Made by a program: the position numbers and the translations under genes. A DNA stretch of 64,000 nucleotides from assembly GCA_963809345.1 (NCBI GenBank), contig CAWEJF010000007.1, positions 72,708 to 136,707 of the forward strand. The letters are read 5' to 3'. Positions 54,046 to 63,275 of the stretch are shown one piece after another; position 1 is the first letter of the stretch, and every line of letters starts with the position of its first letter. The notes beneath the pieces were generated by a model. The model saw only the letters and a program-made list of their open reading frames with translations. It had not been told where the DNA came from and did not search any database. This DNA is from Candidatus Aminicenantes bacterium (GTDB lineage: Bacteria > Acidobacteriota > Aminicenantia > Aminicenantales > Saccharicenantaceae).

Positions 54046-55016
54046 CGGCGACCTTTCGGGTTTCGGGCCAGGACATAGTGATTGGCTGGGACGGCCGCCG
54101 TCGCCTTGAGGAAATCGACGACGCGATAGCCCCGGCCGAACAGGCCCAGGAAGACCTCGCGTGTGGCCATCCGCCAGTCGACCGGGATGCGCCTCACCTC
54201 GGCGGCCGTGACGTCGGTCTCCTGGAGCAGGCGATAGAAGTCGAGGGGGACGCGGACGAGAAGGACATCGCCCTCGGCCGCGGGGTCGGTCCCTTCGACG
54301 ACTTCGAGCTCGATCTCCCCACTTTTCCCGGCGACCCGCCGCAAAACGGCCCGGACCGTCTTGGGAGCGGCCAGGGCCGCCGCGAGGTCGTAGCCGGGCC
54401 GACCGCCCGTCCTCTCGAGGTCCCAGGACATGAGGAAGCGGTCCGTCGGCACGTCCGGCCGGTTGAGGAGGCCGCCGTACTCGCCGTAGGTGGCCACGCG
54501 ATACTCGAGGACGTCCATGCCGAAGTGGTGGATGTTGCGGTGGGCGTTGACGCCCGTGAGCGGATCGTAGGTGCAGATGATCGTGGCGACGCCGAGGAGA
54601 TCGAGGACCATCTCCCGTTGGTATTCCTTGAGGAGGATCCCGAGCCCATAGCTCTGGAAGGCCTTCCTGACCCCGGCGTATTGGGCGTAGAAGCGGAGGT
54701 TTTTGGGGTCGCGGAACCCGACGTCCTTGTCGCGGACGCCGGTGAAGCCGTAGCAGAAGCCGACGAGGTGGTTTCCGTCGAGCTCGAAGCCGCCATGCTC
54801 CGCCTCGGCGAAGGCGCCGACGAAGAGACTGCCGCCCTCGTGGAAGAAATTCTCGCACATCATGTTCCGGGTACTCGACATGTGGTCGTCCGGAAAACCC
54901 CAGATCTCCTCACGCAGGCCCTCATACTTCTGATAGTCCGCGGACGTGGGGGACGTCTCGACGCGCAGGAGGAAGCGCCTGTCCCGGATGGCGATCGTCT
55001 TTTCCAGGGGTCTCAT
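54042..55016 (-). CDS. GNAT-superfamily-like protein (COG3375-type)
   Basis: ORF track, 324 aa. FQSYGLGILLKEYQ and CTYDPLTGVNAHRNIHHFG match the pattern I associate with COG3375 predicted acetyltransferases. Confidence 0.55.
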   Translation of the reverse strand: MRPLEKTIAIRDRRFLLRVETSPTSADYQKYEGLREEIWGFPDDHMSSTRNMMCENFFHEGGSLFVGAFAEAEHGGFELDGNHLVGFCYGFTGVRDKDVGFRDPKNLRFYAQYAGVRKAFQSYGLGILLKEYQREMVLDLLGVATIICTYDPLTGVNAHRNIHHFGMDVLEYRVATYGEYGGLLNRPDVPTDRFLMSWDLERTGGRPGYDLAAALAAPKTVRAVLRRVAGKSGEIELEVVEGTDPAAEGDVLLVRVPLDFYRLLQETDVTAAEVRRIPVDWRMATREVFLGLFGRGYRVVDFLKATAAVPANHYVLARNPKGRR

Positions 55017-55031
55017 GACCTTCTCCGCGTC

Positions 55032-55060
55032 ATTCTAGCCGAAGGTCCCCGGCCGTTCAA
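55032..55060 (-). promoter_or_regulatory. sigma-70-type promoter for the GNAT-like/ABC operon
   Basis: The minus strand reads TTGAAC-17-TAGAAT. Confidence 0.6.
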
Positions 55061-55068
55061 TGGGCGTT

Positions 55069-55097
55069 TTGACGCCCCTCCGGACATGCGCTACAAT
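55069..55097 (+). promoter_or_regulatory. sigma-70-type promoter for the lipid kinase - sppA unit
   Basis: TTGACG-17-TACAAT, back to back with the divergent promoter. Confidence 0.6.
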
Positions 55098-55116
55098 GAG
55101 GGGGATTTTTGGGACC

Positions 55117-56067
55117 ATGGCTAAAGATATCGGGAACCTCAAGACCGCCTGCCTCATCAACCCCCGTGCGGCCAATTCCCGGTGGATGAGGCGGAAGCTC
55201 CTGCGCGCCTACCTCCAGAAGAGGCTTCCCGGCGACATCTACGACGACCTCGGCGACGTCAGGACGACGATCGAAAAGGCCGCCATGGCCTCGCGCAGCG
55301 CCGACGTCATCGTGGCCATGGGCGGCGACGGCACGATCGCCGATACGCTTCAAGGCATTTTCGAGGCCGGAAAGCAGAACGACGTCCTCTTCGGGGTCAT
55401 CCCGTTCGGCAGCGGCAACGCCTTCCGCAAGGCCTTCGACATTCCCCTGAACCCCCTCAGGGCCATCGACCACCTGGCCGAGGGCGTCCCCCGGCTGATC
55501 GACCTCATGGAGATCGAAGGCCGCGTCGCGGGATTCGCCAGCATCGGGGCCACGGCCCTCGTCACCGGGGAGAAGCTCCGCGGCAAGATCCATGGGCTCT
55601 GGGGCCACGTGCTGGCCGGGCGGCGCTTGTTCAACACGCCGCTCGACGAGAAGACCCTCGAGCTCTTCGACGGCTACGATGAGTCCGGCCCTTTCGAGCA
55701 CAAGACCGTCACCTCGAATTTCTTCGACTGCCTCGTGGCCAAGACGAACTATTTCGGCTACAGCTGGTACATCGCGCCCGGCGCCGTCGTCGATGACGGC
55801 TATCTCGACGTCACGCTGTTCGAGATGGGGCCCCACAAGTATTCAGTCCTCTTCCCGTTCATCTACTTCGGCTGGTACCAACGCCGGCTGCGGCGTTTCA
55901 AGGCCAAGCGGATCGTCATCAGCGGCCGGGCCCTGCCGGTCCAGTTCAACGGCGAGGTCATCGACGACCGGGACCGGGTCGAGTGTCGGGTGCTTCCCCG
56001 GGCCATCCGCATGGTCATCCCCCCGACCAAGCGCGCCGGCAAGCACTTTCAAAAAATTCCCTCCTGA
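55117..56067 (+). CDS. diacylglycerol-kinase-family lipid kinase (YegS/BmrU-like)
   Basis: ATG 55117 downstream of a strong promoter. VIVAMGGDGT motif. 316 aa. Confidence 0.8.
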   Translation: MAKDIGNLKTACLINPRAANSRWMRRKLLRAYLQKRLPGDIYDDLGDVRTTIEKAAMASRSADVIVAMGGDGTIADTLQGIFEAGKQNDVLFGVIPFGSGNAFRKAFDIPLNPLRAIDHLAEGVPRLIDLMEIEGRVAGFASIGATALVTGEKLRGKIHGLWGHVLAGRRLFNTPLDEKTLELFDGYDESGPFEHKTVTSNFFDCLVAKTNYFGYSWYIAPGAVVDDGYLDVTLFEMGPHKYSVLFPFIYFGWYQRRLRRFKAKRIVISGRALPVQFNGEVIDDRDRVECRVLPRAIRMVIPPTKRAGKHFQKIPS

Positions 56068-56076
56068 GGAGGCCCC

Positions 56077-57051
56077 ATGACCGCGAAAAGAGCCGTCTTA
56101 TTGGTGTTCCTCGTTGCGGCCGCGCTGGCGGCCTGCTCGCCCCAGATCCGCCTGGACCTCCTCGGCGAGGACAAGCTCCAGGAGGTCGTGCTCGTGCCGA
56201 GCGCGGCCCGGGAGAAGGTCCTGATGATCGACGTCGACGGCATGATCTCGGCCGCCCTGGAGACGGGGATCTTCTCCCGTGAGAAGAGCGTCGTCGCGCG
56301 CGTCTTCGAGCGCCTCGAGCGGGCGGCCGCCGATCCCTGGGTCAAGGCCGTCATCCTCCGGCTCGACACGCCCGGCGGCGAGGTCACCGCGAGCGACATC
56401 GTCTACCACGAGGTCCTCCGCTTCAAGGAGCGGACGGGCCTGCCCGTCGTCGGGCTGATGATGAGCGTCGCCGCCTCGGGCGGCTACTACATCGCTTCGG
56501 CCTGTGATGTCATCGTCGCCCACCCGTCCACTCTGACCGGCTCGATCGGGGTCATCTCGATCTTCCCCAGCGTCGAATCGCTGATGGCCAAGGTCGGGGT
56601 CAAGGTCGCCGTCATCAAGTCCGGCCCGGTCAAGGACTCCGGCTCGCCGTTCCGGGACATGACGGAAGACGAGAAGGCGATCTTCCAGGGCATCATCGAC
56701 GAATACTACGAGGGCTTCCTCGCCGTGGTGGCCAAGGGGCGCCAGGGCAAGATAGCGGCCGCGGACCTGCGGACGATCGCCGACGGCCGCGTTTATACCG
56801 CGCCCCAGGCCTTGAAGCTCGGCCTGATCGACGCCGTCGGGTACTTCGACGACGCCTTCGCCAAGGCCCGCGACCTCGCGGCGCTCAAGAGCGCCCGCCT
56901 CGTGTCCTACACCTATTTCCCCAAGACGAAGACGAACATCTACGCCGGCCGGCCCGGCGACGTCTCCCCGCTCGACGCGAAGGTCATCGAGGCGATGCTC
57001 GGGGTCTTGAAGACGGGCTTCTACTATCTCTGGCTGCCGCAGACGCGATGA
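56077..57051 (+). CDS. sppA: signal peptide peptidase SppA (36K type)
   Basis: ORF track, 324 aa. LRLDTPGGEV, ASGGYYIASACD, GSIGVI. Confidence 0.88.
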   Translation: MTAKRAVLLVFLVAAALAACSPQIRLDLLGEDKLQEVVLVPSAAREKVLMIDVDGMISAALETGIFSREKSVVARVFERLERAAADPWVKAVILRLDTPGGEVTASDIVYHEVLRFKERTGLPVVGLMMSVAASGGYYIASACDVIVAHPSTLTGSIGVISIFPSVESLMAKVGVKVAVIKSGPVKDSGSPFRDMTEDEKAIFQGIIDEYYEGFLAVVAKGRQGKIAAADLRTIADGRVYTAPQALKLGLIDAVGYFDDAFAKARDLAALKSARLVSYTYFPKTKTNIYAGRPGDVSPLDAKVIEAMLGVLKTGFYYLWLPQTR

Positions 57052-57063
57052 CGCCGCCGGCCG

Positions 57064-57465
57064 CTAGGGCCGGGCGATGGTCTCGAACTGGGGCGGCCTC
57101 TGGATGTGGGCCTTGACCGTGCAGTGATCGACCGCCTTGATCAGGGCGGAGCGGTATTTTTCGGGCAGGCCGGCGGGCAGATCGACGGTGATGGCGATCT
57201 TGTCGATCATCTTGGACGCCGCGCCGCGCTCGGTCGTCATCGTCACGCCGAGTCCCTCGGTCGGGATCTTGCGCTCCTTGCAGAAGGCCAAGGCGTAATA
57301 CCCGGCGCACGAGGCCAGGGAGACGAGGAAATAATCGAAGGGGGACGGCGCCGTTCCGTCGCCCCCGTCGGGAACGGGCTGGTCGGTCTTGACGGTGAAG
57401 CCCTTGTACTCGACGTCGATCTTGTAGTTGTCTCCGAAAACGACCTTCAGCTCTTTCGGGTTCAT
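57064..57465 (-). CDS. OsmC-family protein
   Basis: ORF track, 133 aa. PSPFDYFLVSLASCAGYY ... DHCTV, the two-Cys OsmC pattern. Confidence 0.85.
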   Translation of the reverse strand: MNPKELKVVFGDNYKIDVEYKGFTVKTDQPVPDGGDGTAPSPFDYFLVSLASCAGYYALAFCKERKIPTEGLGVTMTTERGAASKMIDKIAITVDLPAGLPEKYRSALIKAVDHCTVKAHIQRPPQFETIARP

Positions 57466-58211
57466 CGAAGCTCCTTTCCTTTCCGGCCGGGCCGGGGCGT
57501 CCGCTCACGGGGGCCTTCCAGGGCCTTGCGGAACATGGCCAGGATGACGTCCCGGTCCTTGGCCGTCAGGGCCATGCGGAAGAAGATGTCCTGGACCTTC
57601 TCGACGATGAAGGCCCGGTTCGTGTCATGCATGAAGCCGAGGCTCTCGAGCATGTCGCTGAAGCGCCGGCCGGCCGCGGCCTGGGCGCCGTGGTCGAGGG
57701 GCATGTCCCGGCGGAGCGGCGGGAGCGGCCCCTCGCGGAAGGCGATGGCATGGAGGGTCAGCGTAACGGCGACGCCGAGGTTGAAGGACGGCTGGCGCGA
57801 CGCCTGGGGGATGTGGAAACGGACATTGGCCAGGCCCAGCTCGTCCTGGGTCAGTCCGGTGCGCTCGTTGCCGAAGACGAGGCCGACGCGCGCGGACGCG
57901 GGATACTCGAAGATCCGCGCGACGCCGGCGGCGAGAGGGACCAACGGGAAGTCATGGCGGACACGGGCCGTCGATCCCATGACGAGGTCGCGGTCGGCGA
58001 CGGCCTCGCCGAGAGATGGGAAGAACCGCGTCCCCTCGATGATGGATTCGGCGTGGATGGCCGTGCGCCAGGCGGGCGGCTCGAGCCTGCCGAGCCCGAC
58101 AATGCGCAGGTCGGTAAAGCCGGTGTTGGCCATGCCCCGCGCCGCCAATCCGATGTTCTCGGGACTGTCCGGCCGGACGAGGACGACGGCGAAGCGGTCG
58201 AAACCGATCAT
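57462..58211 (-). CDS. SpoU/TrmH-family RNA 2'-O-methyltransferase (TrmJ-like)
   Basis: ORF track, 249 aa. SPENIGLAARGMANTG, LVFGNERTGL, SFNLGVAV. Confidence 0.85.
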   Translation of the reverse strand: MIGFDRFAVVLVRPDSPENIGLAARGMANTGFTDLRIVGLGRLEPPAWRTAIHAESIIEGTRFFPSLGEAVADRDLVMGSTARVRHDFPLVPLAAGVARIFEYPASARVGLVFGNERTGLTQDELGLANVRFHIPQASRQPSFNLGVAVTLTLHAIAFREGPLPPLRRDMPLDHGAQAAAGRRFSDMLESLGFMHDTNRAFIVEKVQDIFFRMALTAKDRDVILAMFRKALEGPRERTPRPGRKGKELR

Positions 58212-58219
58212 GAGAGGTG

Positions 58220-58248
58220 ATTATAGCGGAAGCCTCCGCCCCGCTCAA
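58220..58248 (-). promoter_or_regulatory. sigma-70-type promoter for the SpoU-OsmC unit, predicts a leaderless mRNA
   Basis: The minus strand reads TTGAGC-17-TATAAT. Only 8 nt (cacctctc) separate it from ATG 58211, and there is no SD. Confidence 0.5.
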
Positions 58249-58252
58249 TGCG

Positions 58253-58282
58253 TTGACAGCGGGCGAAGGGCGGTGTTATAAA
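58253..58282 (+). promoter_or_regulatory. sigma-70-type promoter for the DUF2284 gene
   Basis: TTGACA-18-TATAAA with an extended TGt. Confidence 0.55.
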
Positions 58283-58322
58283 CCGGCCATCGCAGCCGGC
58301 GGACCGGCGAGGAGGGCGGAGA

Positions 58323-58919
58323 ATGCCGAAGACACGATCGACGGGACGGACGTCGGGGGCGCGGACACCGCGGCCGCGCCTGCGGGGGAGCCGGGACCTC
58401 GAGCGCCTGTTCGCCAGCCGCGGCTTCACGGACTTCCGCTGGATCGACCCGGCCGAGATCGTCACCGCCGAGTGGGTCCGGATGAAATGCCGCTTCGGCT
58501 GCCGGGAGTACGGCCGGAACGCGGCCTGCCCGCCCGGCACCCCGCCGGTCGACGAGTGCGCCCGTTTCTTCCGGGAATACAAGCGCGCCGCCGTCTTCCA
58601 TTTCCCCAAGAAGGTCGACCGGCCCGAGGACCGTCACGCCTGGACCCGGAAGCTCAATCTCGAGCTCGTCAAGCTCGAGCAGGAGGTGTTCAAGGCCGGG
58701 TTCTACAAGGCCTTCCTTCTGTTCTTCGACAGCTGCGGCATCTGCCTCGAGTGCTCAGCCGTCCGGGCCGAGTGCAAAGAGCCCAAACTGGCCCGGCCAA
58801 CGCCGGAGAGCCTGGGCGTCGACGTCTACGCGACCGTGCGCAAGATCGGCTACCCCATCCAAGTCCTGTCGGACTACGGCCAGGAGATGAACCGCTACGC
58901 CTTCATGCTCATAGACTAG
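58323..58919 (+). CDS. DUF2284 metal-binding protein
   Basis: ORF track, 198 aa. WVRMKCRFGCREYGRNAACPP and CGICLECS. The Arg-rich N-terminal 30 aa make the exact start uncertain. Confidence 0.75.
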   Translation: MPKTRSTGRTSGARTPRPRLRGSRDLERLFASRGFTDFRWIDPAEIVTAEWVRMKCRFGCREYGRNAACPPGTPPVDECARFFREYKRAAVFHFPKKVDRPEDRHAWTRKLNLELVKLEQEVFKAGFYKAFLLFFDSCGICLECSAVRAECKEPKLARPTPESLGVDVYATVRKIGYPIQVLSDYGQEMNRYAFMLID

Positions 58920-58940
58920 CGGCCGCAATCCCCCTATAAT
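58912..58940 (+). promoter_or_regulatory. sigma-70-type promoter for the CBS gene
   Basis: TAGACT-17-TATAAT. Confidence 0.5.
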
Positions 58941-59008
58941 ATCCTCAGTTCGCTCGTTCCCCTAATGGAGCAGCCCCGGCTGCAGGGATCGAAAGAGGAG
59001 GGAAGCTC

Positions 59009-59449
59009 ATGATCACCGTCAAGGACATTCTCAACCAGAAGGGTCACAACGCCTGGACGATCGGGCCGGAGGCCAAGGTCTTCGAGGCCCTCGAGCTCAT
59101 GGCCAAGAAAGGGGTCGGCGCCCTGATCGTCGTCGACAAGGACGAGGAGGTCATCGGCATATTGTCCGAACGCGACTACGCGCGCAAGATCATCCTCATG
59201 GGCCGCCAGTCCCAGGACACCCCGGTCAAAGACATCATGACCAGGGAGGTCTACGGCGTGCACATGGAGTCGACGGCCCAGGAATGCATGGCCCTGATGA
59301 CGGACAAGCATTTCCGGCACCTGCCCGTGTGCCAGGACGGCAAGCTCGCCGGCGTCATTTCCATCGGTGACGTGGTCAAGGCCATCATGACCGACCAGAA
59401 GGTGACGATCGAGAACCTCGAGAACTACATCATGGGGAAATATCAATAA
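59009..59449 (+). CDS. CBS-domain pair protein
   Basis: ORF track, 146 aa. Two CBS repeats. GAGGAGGGAAG SD. Confidence 0.85.
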   Translation: MITVKDILNQKGHNAWTIGPEAKVFEALELMAKKGVGALIVVDKDEEVIGILSERDYARKIILMGRQSQDTPVKDIMTREVYGVHMESTAQECMALMTDKHFRHLPVCQDGKLAGVISIGDVVKAIMTDQKVTIENLENYIMGKYQ

Positions 59450-59598
59450 GGTCCTCCCTCCCTCCGGCTTTGCTCGGGAATCGCCTCTAGCTCCCCGGCC
59501 CCCCGGCGGCGGGTAGCGGACTCTGGGGAGCGGACCGGCAGAAGGACGGCGGAGATACACGGAGCCGGACTTCTGCGAAATATCCGAGTGAGTATCGT
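59450..59598 (+). repeat. partial second copy of the 21777-22011 element (left-central portion only)
   Basis: Collinear similarity to 21798-21940. In my hand alignment 49 of 60 positions match over the core cggcagaag.acggcggag...agccggacttctgcga.atatc. The central hairpin is conserved at 59538-59576. It fills the convergent CBS/ROK intergenic gap. Confidence 0.6.
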
Positions 59599-59601
59599 GA
59601 C

Positions 59602-60516
59602 TCAAAAATCCATGACGCCCATGGCTCGGAGCGCCAAGTAGGCCGCTCCCAGTACCCCGGCCGAATCGCCCAGCACTGCTCTTAAAATGGGGATCGTGCG
59701 TCCGGGGATCCCGAAGAGCGCCTTGTTCATGACCGGCGGGACATGGTCGTACCAGAGCGGGATGTTCGAGACGCCGCCGCCGAGAACGATGGCCTCGAGG
59801 TCGAGAGCGTTGACGCAGTTGGCGAAGAGCTCGCCCATGACCCGGAAGGATTCCTCGAAGACGCGGCGGGCGTGGGGATCGCCGGCCTCGTAGCGTTCGA
59901 GGATCTTGTCCGGAGGCAGGGCCTCCCCGGCGATCTCGGCGTAGCGCCGGCCGAGGCTGGGCCCGGACAGGTAGGCCTCGCCGCAGCCTCTCCGGCCGCA
60001 CTCGCAGAGCCGGCCGTCGATGGCGACCGAGGTGTGGCCGATCTCTCCGGCGTTACCGTTCGGCCCGCGATGGAGCCGGTTCCCCAAGATGAGTCCCGAG
60101 CCCATGCCCGTGCCCAGGATGACGGCCATGACCGTCGAGAAGCGCCCGTGGCATTGGGCGAAGAACTCGGCCAGGGCCAGGCAGTTGGCGTCGTTCTCCA
60201 CGACGAGCGGGACGTCGAGCCGGGACCGGAGGAGACTGACGAGCCCCGGTCTCTCATAGAGTGGCGTGTGGGGCGCGCCGTACATGATGTCATCGGCGGC
60301 GCTGTAGGTGCCGGGAGTGCCCATGCCCACGGCTTCGTATCGGGCTGGACCCGCCGTCTCGGCGACGAGCTCGAGGATGTTCCAGACGACCTTCTCCCGG
60401 CCGAGGCCGGGCTCGGACGGACGGCGCTTGCGGGCCAGGATGGCGCGCGTTTCATCGACGAGGCAGGCTTCGACCTTGGTCCCTCCGAGATCGATGCCGA
60501 CGGCATAGTGGCTCAT
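59602..60516 (-). CDS. ROK-family sugar kinase (glucokinase / N-acetylglucosamine kinase-like)
   Basis: ORF track, 304 aa. GIDLGGTK. Zinc motif CECGRRGCGEAY. Confidence 0.85.
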   Translation of the reverse strand: MSHYAVGIDLGGTKVEACLVDETRAILARKRRPSEPGLGREKVVWNILELVAETAGPARYEAVGMGTPGTYSAADDIMYGAPHTPLYERPGLVSLLRSRLDVPLVVENDANCLALAEFFAQCHGRFSTVMAVILGTGMGSGLILGNRLHRGPNGNAGEIGHTSVAIDGRLCECGRRGCGEAYLSGPSLGRRYAEIAGEALPPDKILERYEAGDPHARRVFEESFRVMGELFANCVNALDLEAIVLGGGVSNIPLWYDHVPPVMNKALFGIPGRTIPILRAVLGDSAGVLGAAYLALRAMGVMDF

Positions 60517-60586
60517 GCCTGGGCTCCGGGGCTATTTTATGCACATCTGCCCGGGAGAGCAACGGGGGCTCACGTTTCCGCCGGAC

Positions 60587-60614
60587 TTGAGTTCCGCGGA
60601 CCATCTGCTATATT
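60587..60614 (+). promoter_or_regulatory. sigma-70-type promoter for ubiE
   Basis: TTGAGT-16-TGcTATATT (extended -10). Confidence 0.5.
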
Positions 60615-60648
60615 GGGGAACACCGGGCCGGCCGCCCGGAGCACACAG

Positions 60649-61425
60649 ATGCCTGAGGACAAGGTCCGTTTCGGATATAGGACGGTCGGGGCCGCGGAAA
60701 AGAAGCGGCTCGTCCACGACCAGTTCACGCCTATCGCCACGACGTACGACCGGGCCGACGCCGTGCTCAGCCTCGGCCTGCACTTCCTCTGGAAACGGGC
60801 CACCATCCGCAGACTGGGACTCCATCCCGGCGAGAGGCTCCTCGACGTTTGCGGCGGCACGGCCGATCTGGCCCTGCGCGCCGCGCGCCGCCTCGGGCCG
60901 GCGGGGCGGGCGGTCGTCTGCGATTTCAACGGGCCGATGATGCGGTCCGGACGCGACAAGAGCGTCCGGGCGCGGAACGGAGAAATCGTCGCCTTCGTCC
61001 AGGGCGACGCGGAAGGCCTTCCGTTCCCCGACGCCTCGTTCGACGCGGTCACGGTGGGCTTCGGCCTCCGCAACCTCGTCGACCTCGAACGGGGGCTCGG
61101 GGAGATGGCCCGCGTCCTCAAGCCAGGCGGCCGTTTCGCCGCCCTCGAATTCTCGCTGCCGCGCCGGCGCTGGCAGAGGGCCCTCTACGCGTTCTACTCG
61201 TTCCGGCTCATGCTCCCGGCCGCGCGCCTGATCTCGGGCACGGACGGCCCCTACCGCTATCTCGCCGAGTCCATCCGCGTCTTCGATCCGCCCGCAGAGC
61301 TGGCCGGCCGGCTGGCCCGGGCCGGGTTCGGTGACGTCGTTCTCCGTCCCGTCTCCCTCGGGATCGCCACCATCTATGCCGCTCAAAAGCCACAGGAGGC
61401 CCCTCATGCCGCGGATCATTCCTGA
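60649..61425 (+). CDS. ubiE: demethylmenaquinone/ubiquinone C-methyltransferase
   Basis: ATG 60649. FGYRTVGAAEKKRLVHDQFTPIATTYD, DVCGGTADLA. 258 aa. The upstream part of the track ORF is antisense junk. Confidence 0.8.
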   Translation: MPEDKVRFGYRTVGAAEKKRLVHDQFTPIATTYDRADAVLSLGLHFLWKRATIRRLGLHPGERLLDVCGGTADLALRAARRLGPAGRAVVCDFNGPMMRSGRDKSVRARNGEIVAFVQGDAEGLPFPDASFDAVTVGFGLRNLVDLERGLGEMARVLKPGGRFAALEFSLPRRRWQRALYAFYSFRLMLPAARLISGTDGPYRYLAESIRVFDPPAELAGRLARAGFGDVVLRPVSLGIATIYAAQKPQEAPHAADHS

Positions 61426-63259
61426 AGCCCGGGCCACGGCGGCCCGATGCCGTCACTACGCCATGTGCAAGATCGACTATCTCGCGACGGGGCTCTGCCC
61501 CTCGGGCCCGGAAAAGCACTTCGTCACCTATTACCCTCAGGGCCGTATGGACCTCTACCGGGGCCTGGCCGAAGGCCGGATCCCGGTCACGGAGGCCTTG
61601 CTCGACGCCGCCGACACCTGCACGCTCTGCGGGATTTGCGATGGCCAGTGCCATTTCGTGACGGGCCTGCAGCCGACCCCGGTCATGCGCGCCCTCAAGG
61701 ACTACGTCGAGGAGTTCAGGCGGAACAAGGGAGAGGCCGTCCGCCCGGTCGAGGACGAGGTCCTGCGGAAGCTGCGGGCGATCGTCGGCCATGATGGGGC
61801 CTCGAACGACCCGGCCATCCTCTGGACCTATGCGGACGACCCCTTTCCTCTCGCCGGCCCCCAGCCGCCCCGATACGTGGTCCTCCCCGGGTCCCGGGAA
61901 GAGGTCGCGGCGATCGTCAGCCTGGCCCGTGATCTCGATCTCGCCATCGCCATCAGGGGCAACGGCGGCAGCGTTTTCGGCTTTGTCTTCACGGACGGGA
62001 TCGTCCTCGACATGAACCGGATGAGACGGATCTCATTCGACCTCGACAACTGGATCGCAGCGGTCGAGCCGGGGGTGACCTCGTTCGAGCTGCAGCAGGA
62101 AGCCTTCCGGCGCGGCCTGCGTGTCAACGCCGCCGAGCCGGCCGCCACGGTCTGCGGCAACCTCGTTTGCACGGGGACGTTCTCGACCTGGTCGAACGTC
62201 TACGGCACGGCGGCGGACAACTTCGTCGACATGGAGTTCGTCGGCCGCGATGGCCGCGTCTTCCGGCTCAACGAGAAGCAGGGCCCGAATCACTATGCCT
62301 TCGAGCACCGGGTGGCGCCCTCGCCCGGCATCTGCACGAAGGCCTTCGTCAAGCTGCACCCGGCGACGGACGACGAGGAAGGGCTCCTCGTGCCGTTCGT
62401 GGACCTCGACGGGGCCGTCCGATTCGCCCGGGAGCTCGGGCAGAGGAGGATCGGCCTGGCCGTGGCCGTCCTCGGCGCCCATTACATCGCCAACTTCCTC
62501 TCGCCGGACGAGGACCTGGCGCGCCGGCTCAAGGAAGCGCTCCCCGACGCCCTGGGCGCGAGCTTCGCGGTTTTCGTGATCGGGGACCGGTTCGCCCGGG
62601 AGGCCATCCGGAAGATGACCCCCGCGGTCATCGATGCCGGGCTCCTCCGGCTCCTCATGCTCGGCCTGCCCCGTCTGCTCGAACCGCGCTGGCTCGACCT
62701 GGCCCGCGAATTCGAGGGCGGCGGCCGCGCTTTCGAGCTCCTCTGCCGGCCCGAGATGCGGCCCCTCATCGAAGCCGCGCTTCTCCCCTCCCCCGAGACG
62801 ATCGCGGAGTCCGTTCCGGAGGCCCTCCGGCCGCTCTACCGGGATCTTTATGCCCGCCCGGAGATGACCGACATGGTCTGGCTCAACATGCATCGCATCG
62901 TCAGCGCCCGCATGTCCCGGCGCAAGCACATGTTCGCCTTCCTGGTCTATCTCCCGCCGGCACGGCTCGACGTCCTCCACGAGATCCTGGAGGGCTTCGC
63001 CCGCGTCGCCGACGCTCACCACATCGATCACGATTTCGGGTTCCTGACGCCCATGGACTTCGGCAAGCGGGCCATCCTCGAGTACGACTATTACATCGAC
63101 CACACCGACCCGGCCGAAAAGGAGAAGATCGCCCGGGCCATGCCCGAGCTCGACCCCTGGCTGGACGCCCTCGCCGCCCGCGTCCCGGGCGTGATGTCCC
63201 TCAAATACGTCTTCTCGCAGGGCTGCGCACGCAAGGAAAGCTTCCTTTATCGGGTCTAG
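61406..63259 (+). CDS. FAD-binding (PCMH/GlcD-type) oxidoreductase with N-terminal GlcF/HdrD-like 4Fe-4S module
   Basis: ATG 61406 with AGGAGG upstream, overlapping ubiE by 20 nt. CTLCGICDGQC (Cx2Cx2Cx3C) and PQGRMDLYRGL, followed by an FAD-binding domain. 617 aa. Confidence 0.75.
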   Translation: MPRIIPEARATAARCRHYAMCKIDYLATGLCPSGPEKHFVTYYPQGRMDLYRGLAEGRIPVTEALLDAADTCTLCGICDGQCHFVTGLQPTPVMRALKDYVEEFRRNKGEAVRPVEDEVLRKLRAIVGHDGASNDPAILWTYADDPFPLAGPQPPRYVVLPGSREEVAAIVSLARDLDLAIAIRGNGGSVFGFVFTDGIVLDMNRMRRISFDLDNWIAAVEPGVTSFELQQEAFRRGLRVNAAEPAATVCGNLVCTGTFSTWSNVYGTAADNFVDMEFVGRDGRVFRLNEKQGPNHYAFEHRVAPSPGICTKAFVKLHPATDDEEGLLVPFVDLDGAVRFARELGQRRIGLAVAVLGAHYIANFLSPDEDLARRLKEALPDALGASFAVFVIGDRFAREAIRKMTPAVIDAGLLRLLMLGLPRLLEPRWLDLAREFEGGGRAFELLCRPEMRPLIEAALLPSPETIAESVPEALRPLYRDLYARPEMTDMVWLNMHRIVSARMSRRKHMFAFLVYLPPARLDVLHEILEGFARVADAHHIDHDFGFLTPMDFGKRAILEYDYYIDHTDPAEKEKIARAMPELDPWLDALAARVPGVMSLKYVFSQGCARKESFLYRV

Positions 63260-63275
63260 ACGACGGGGAACCGCC

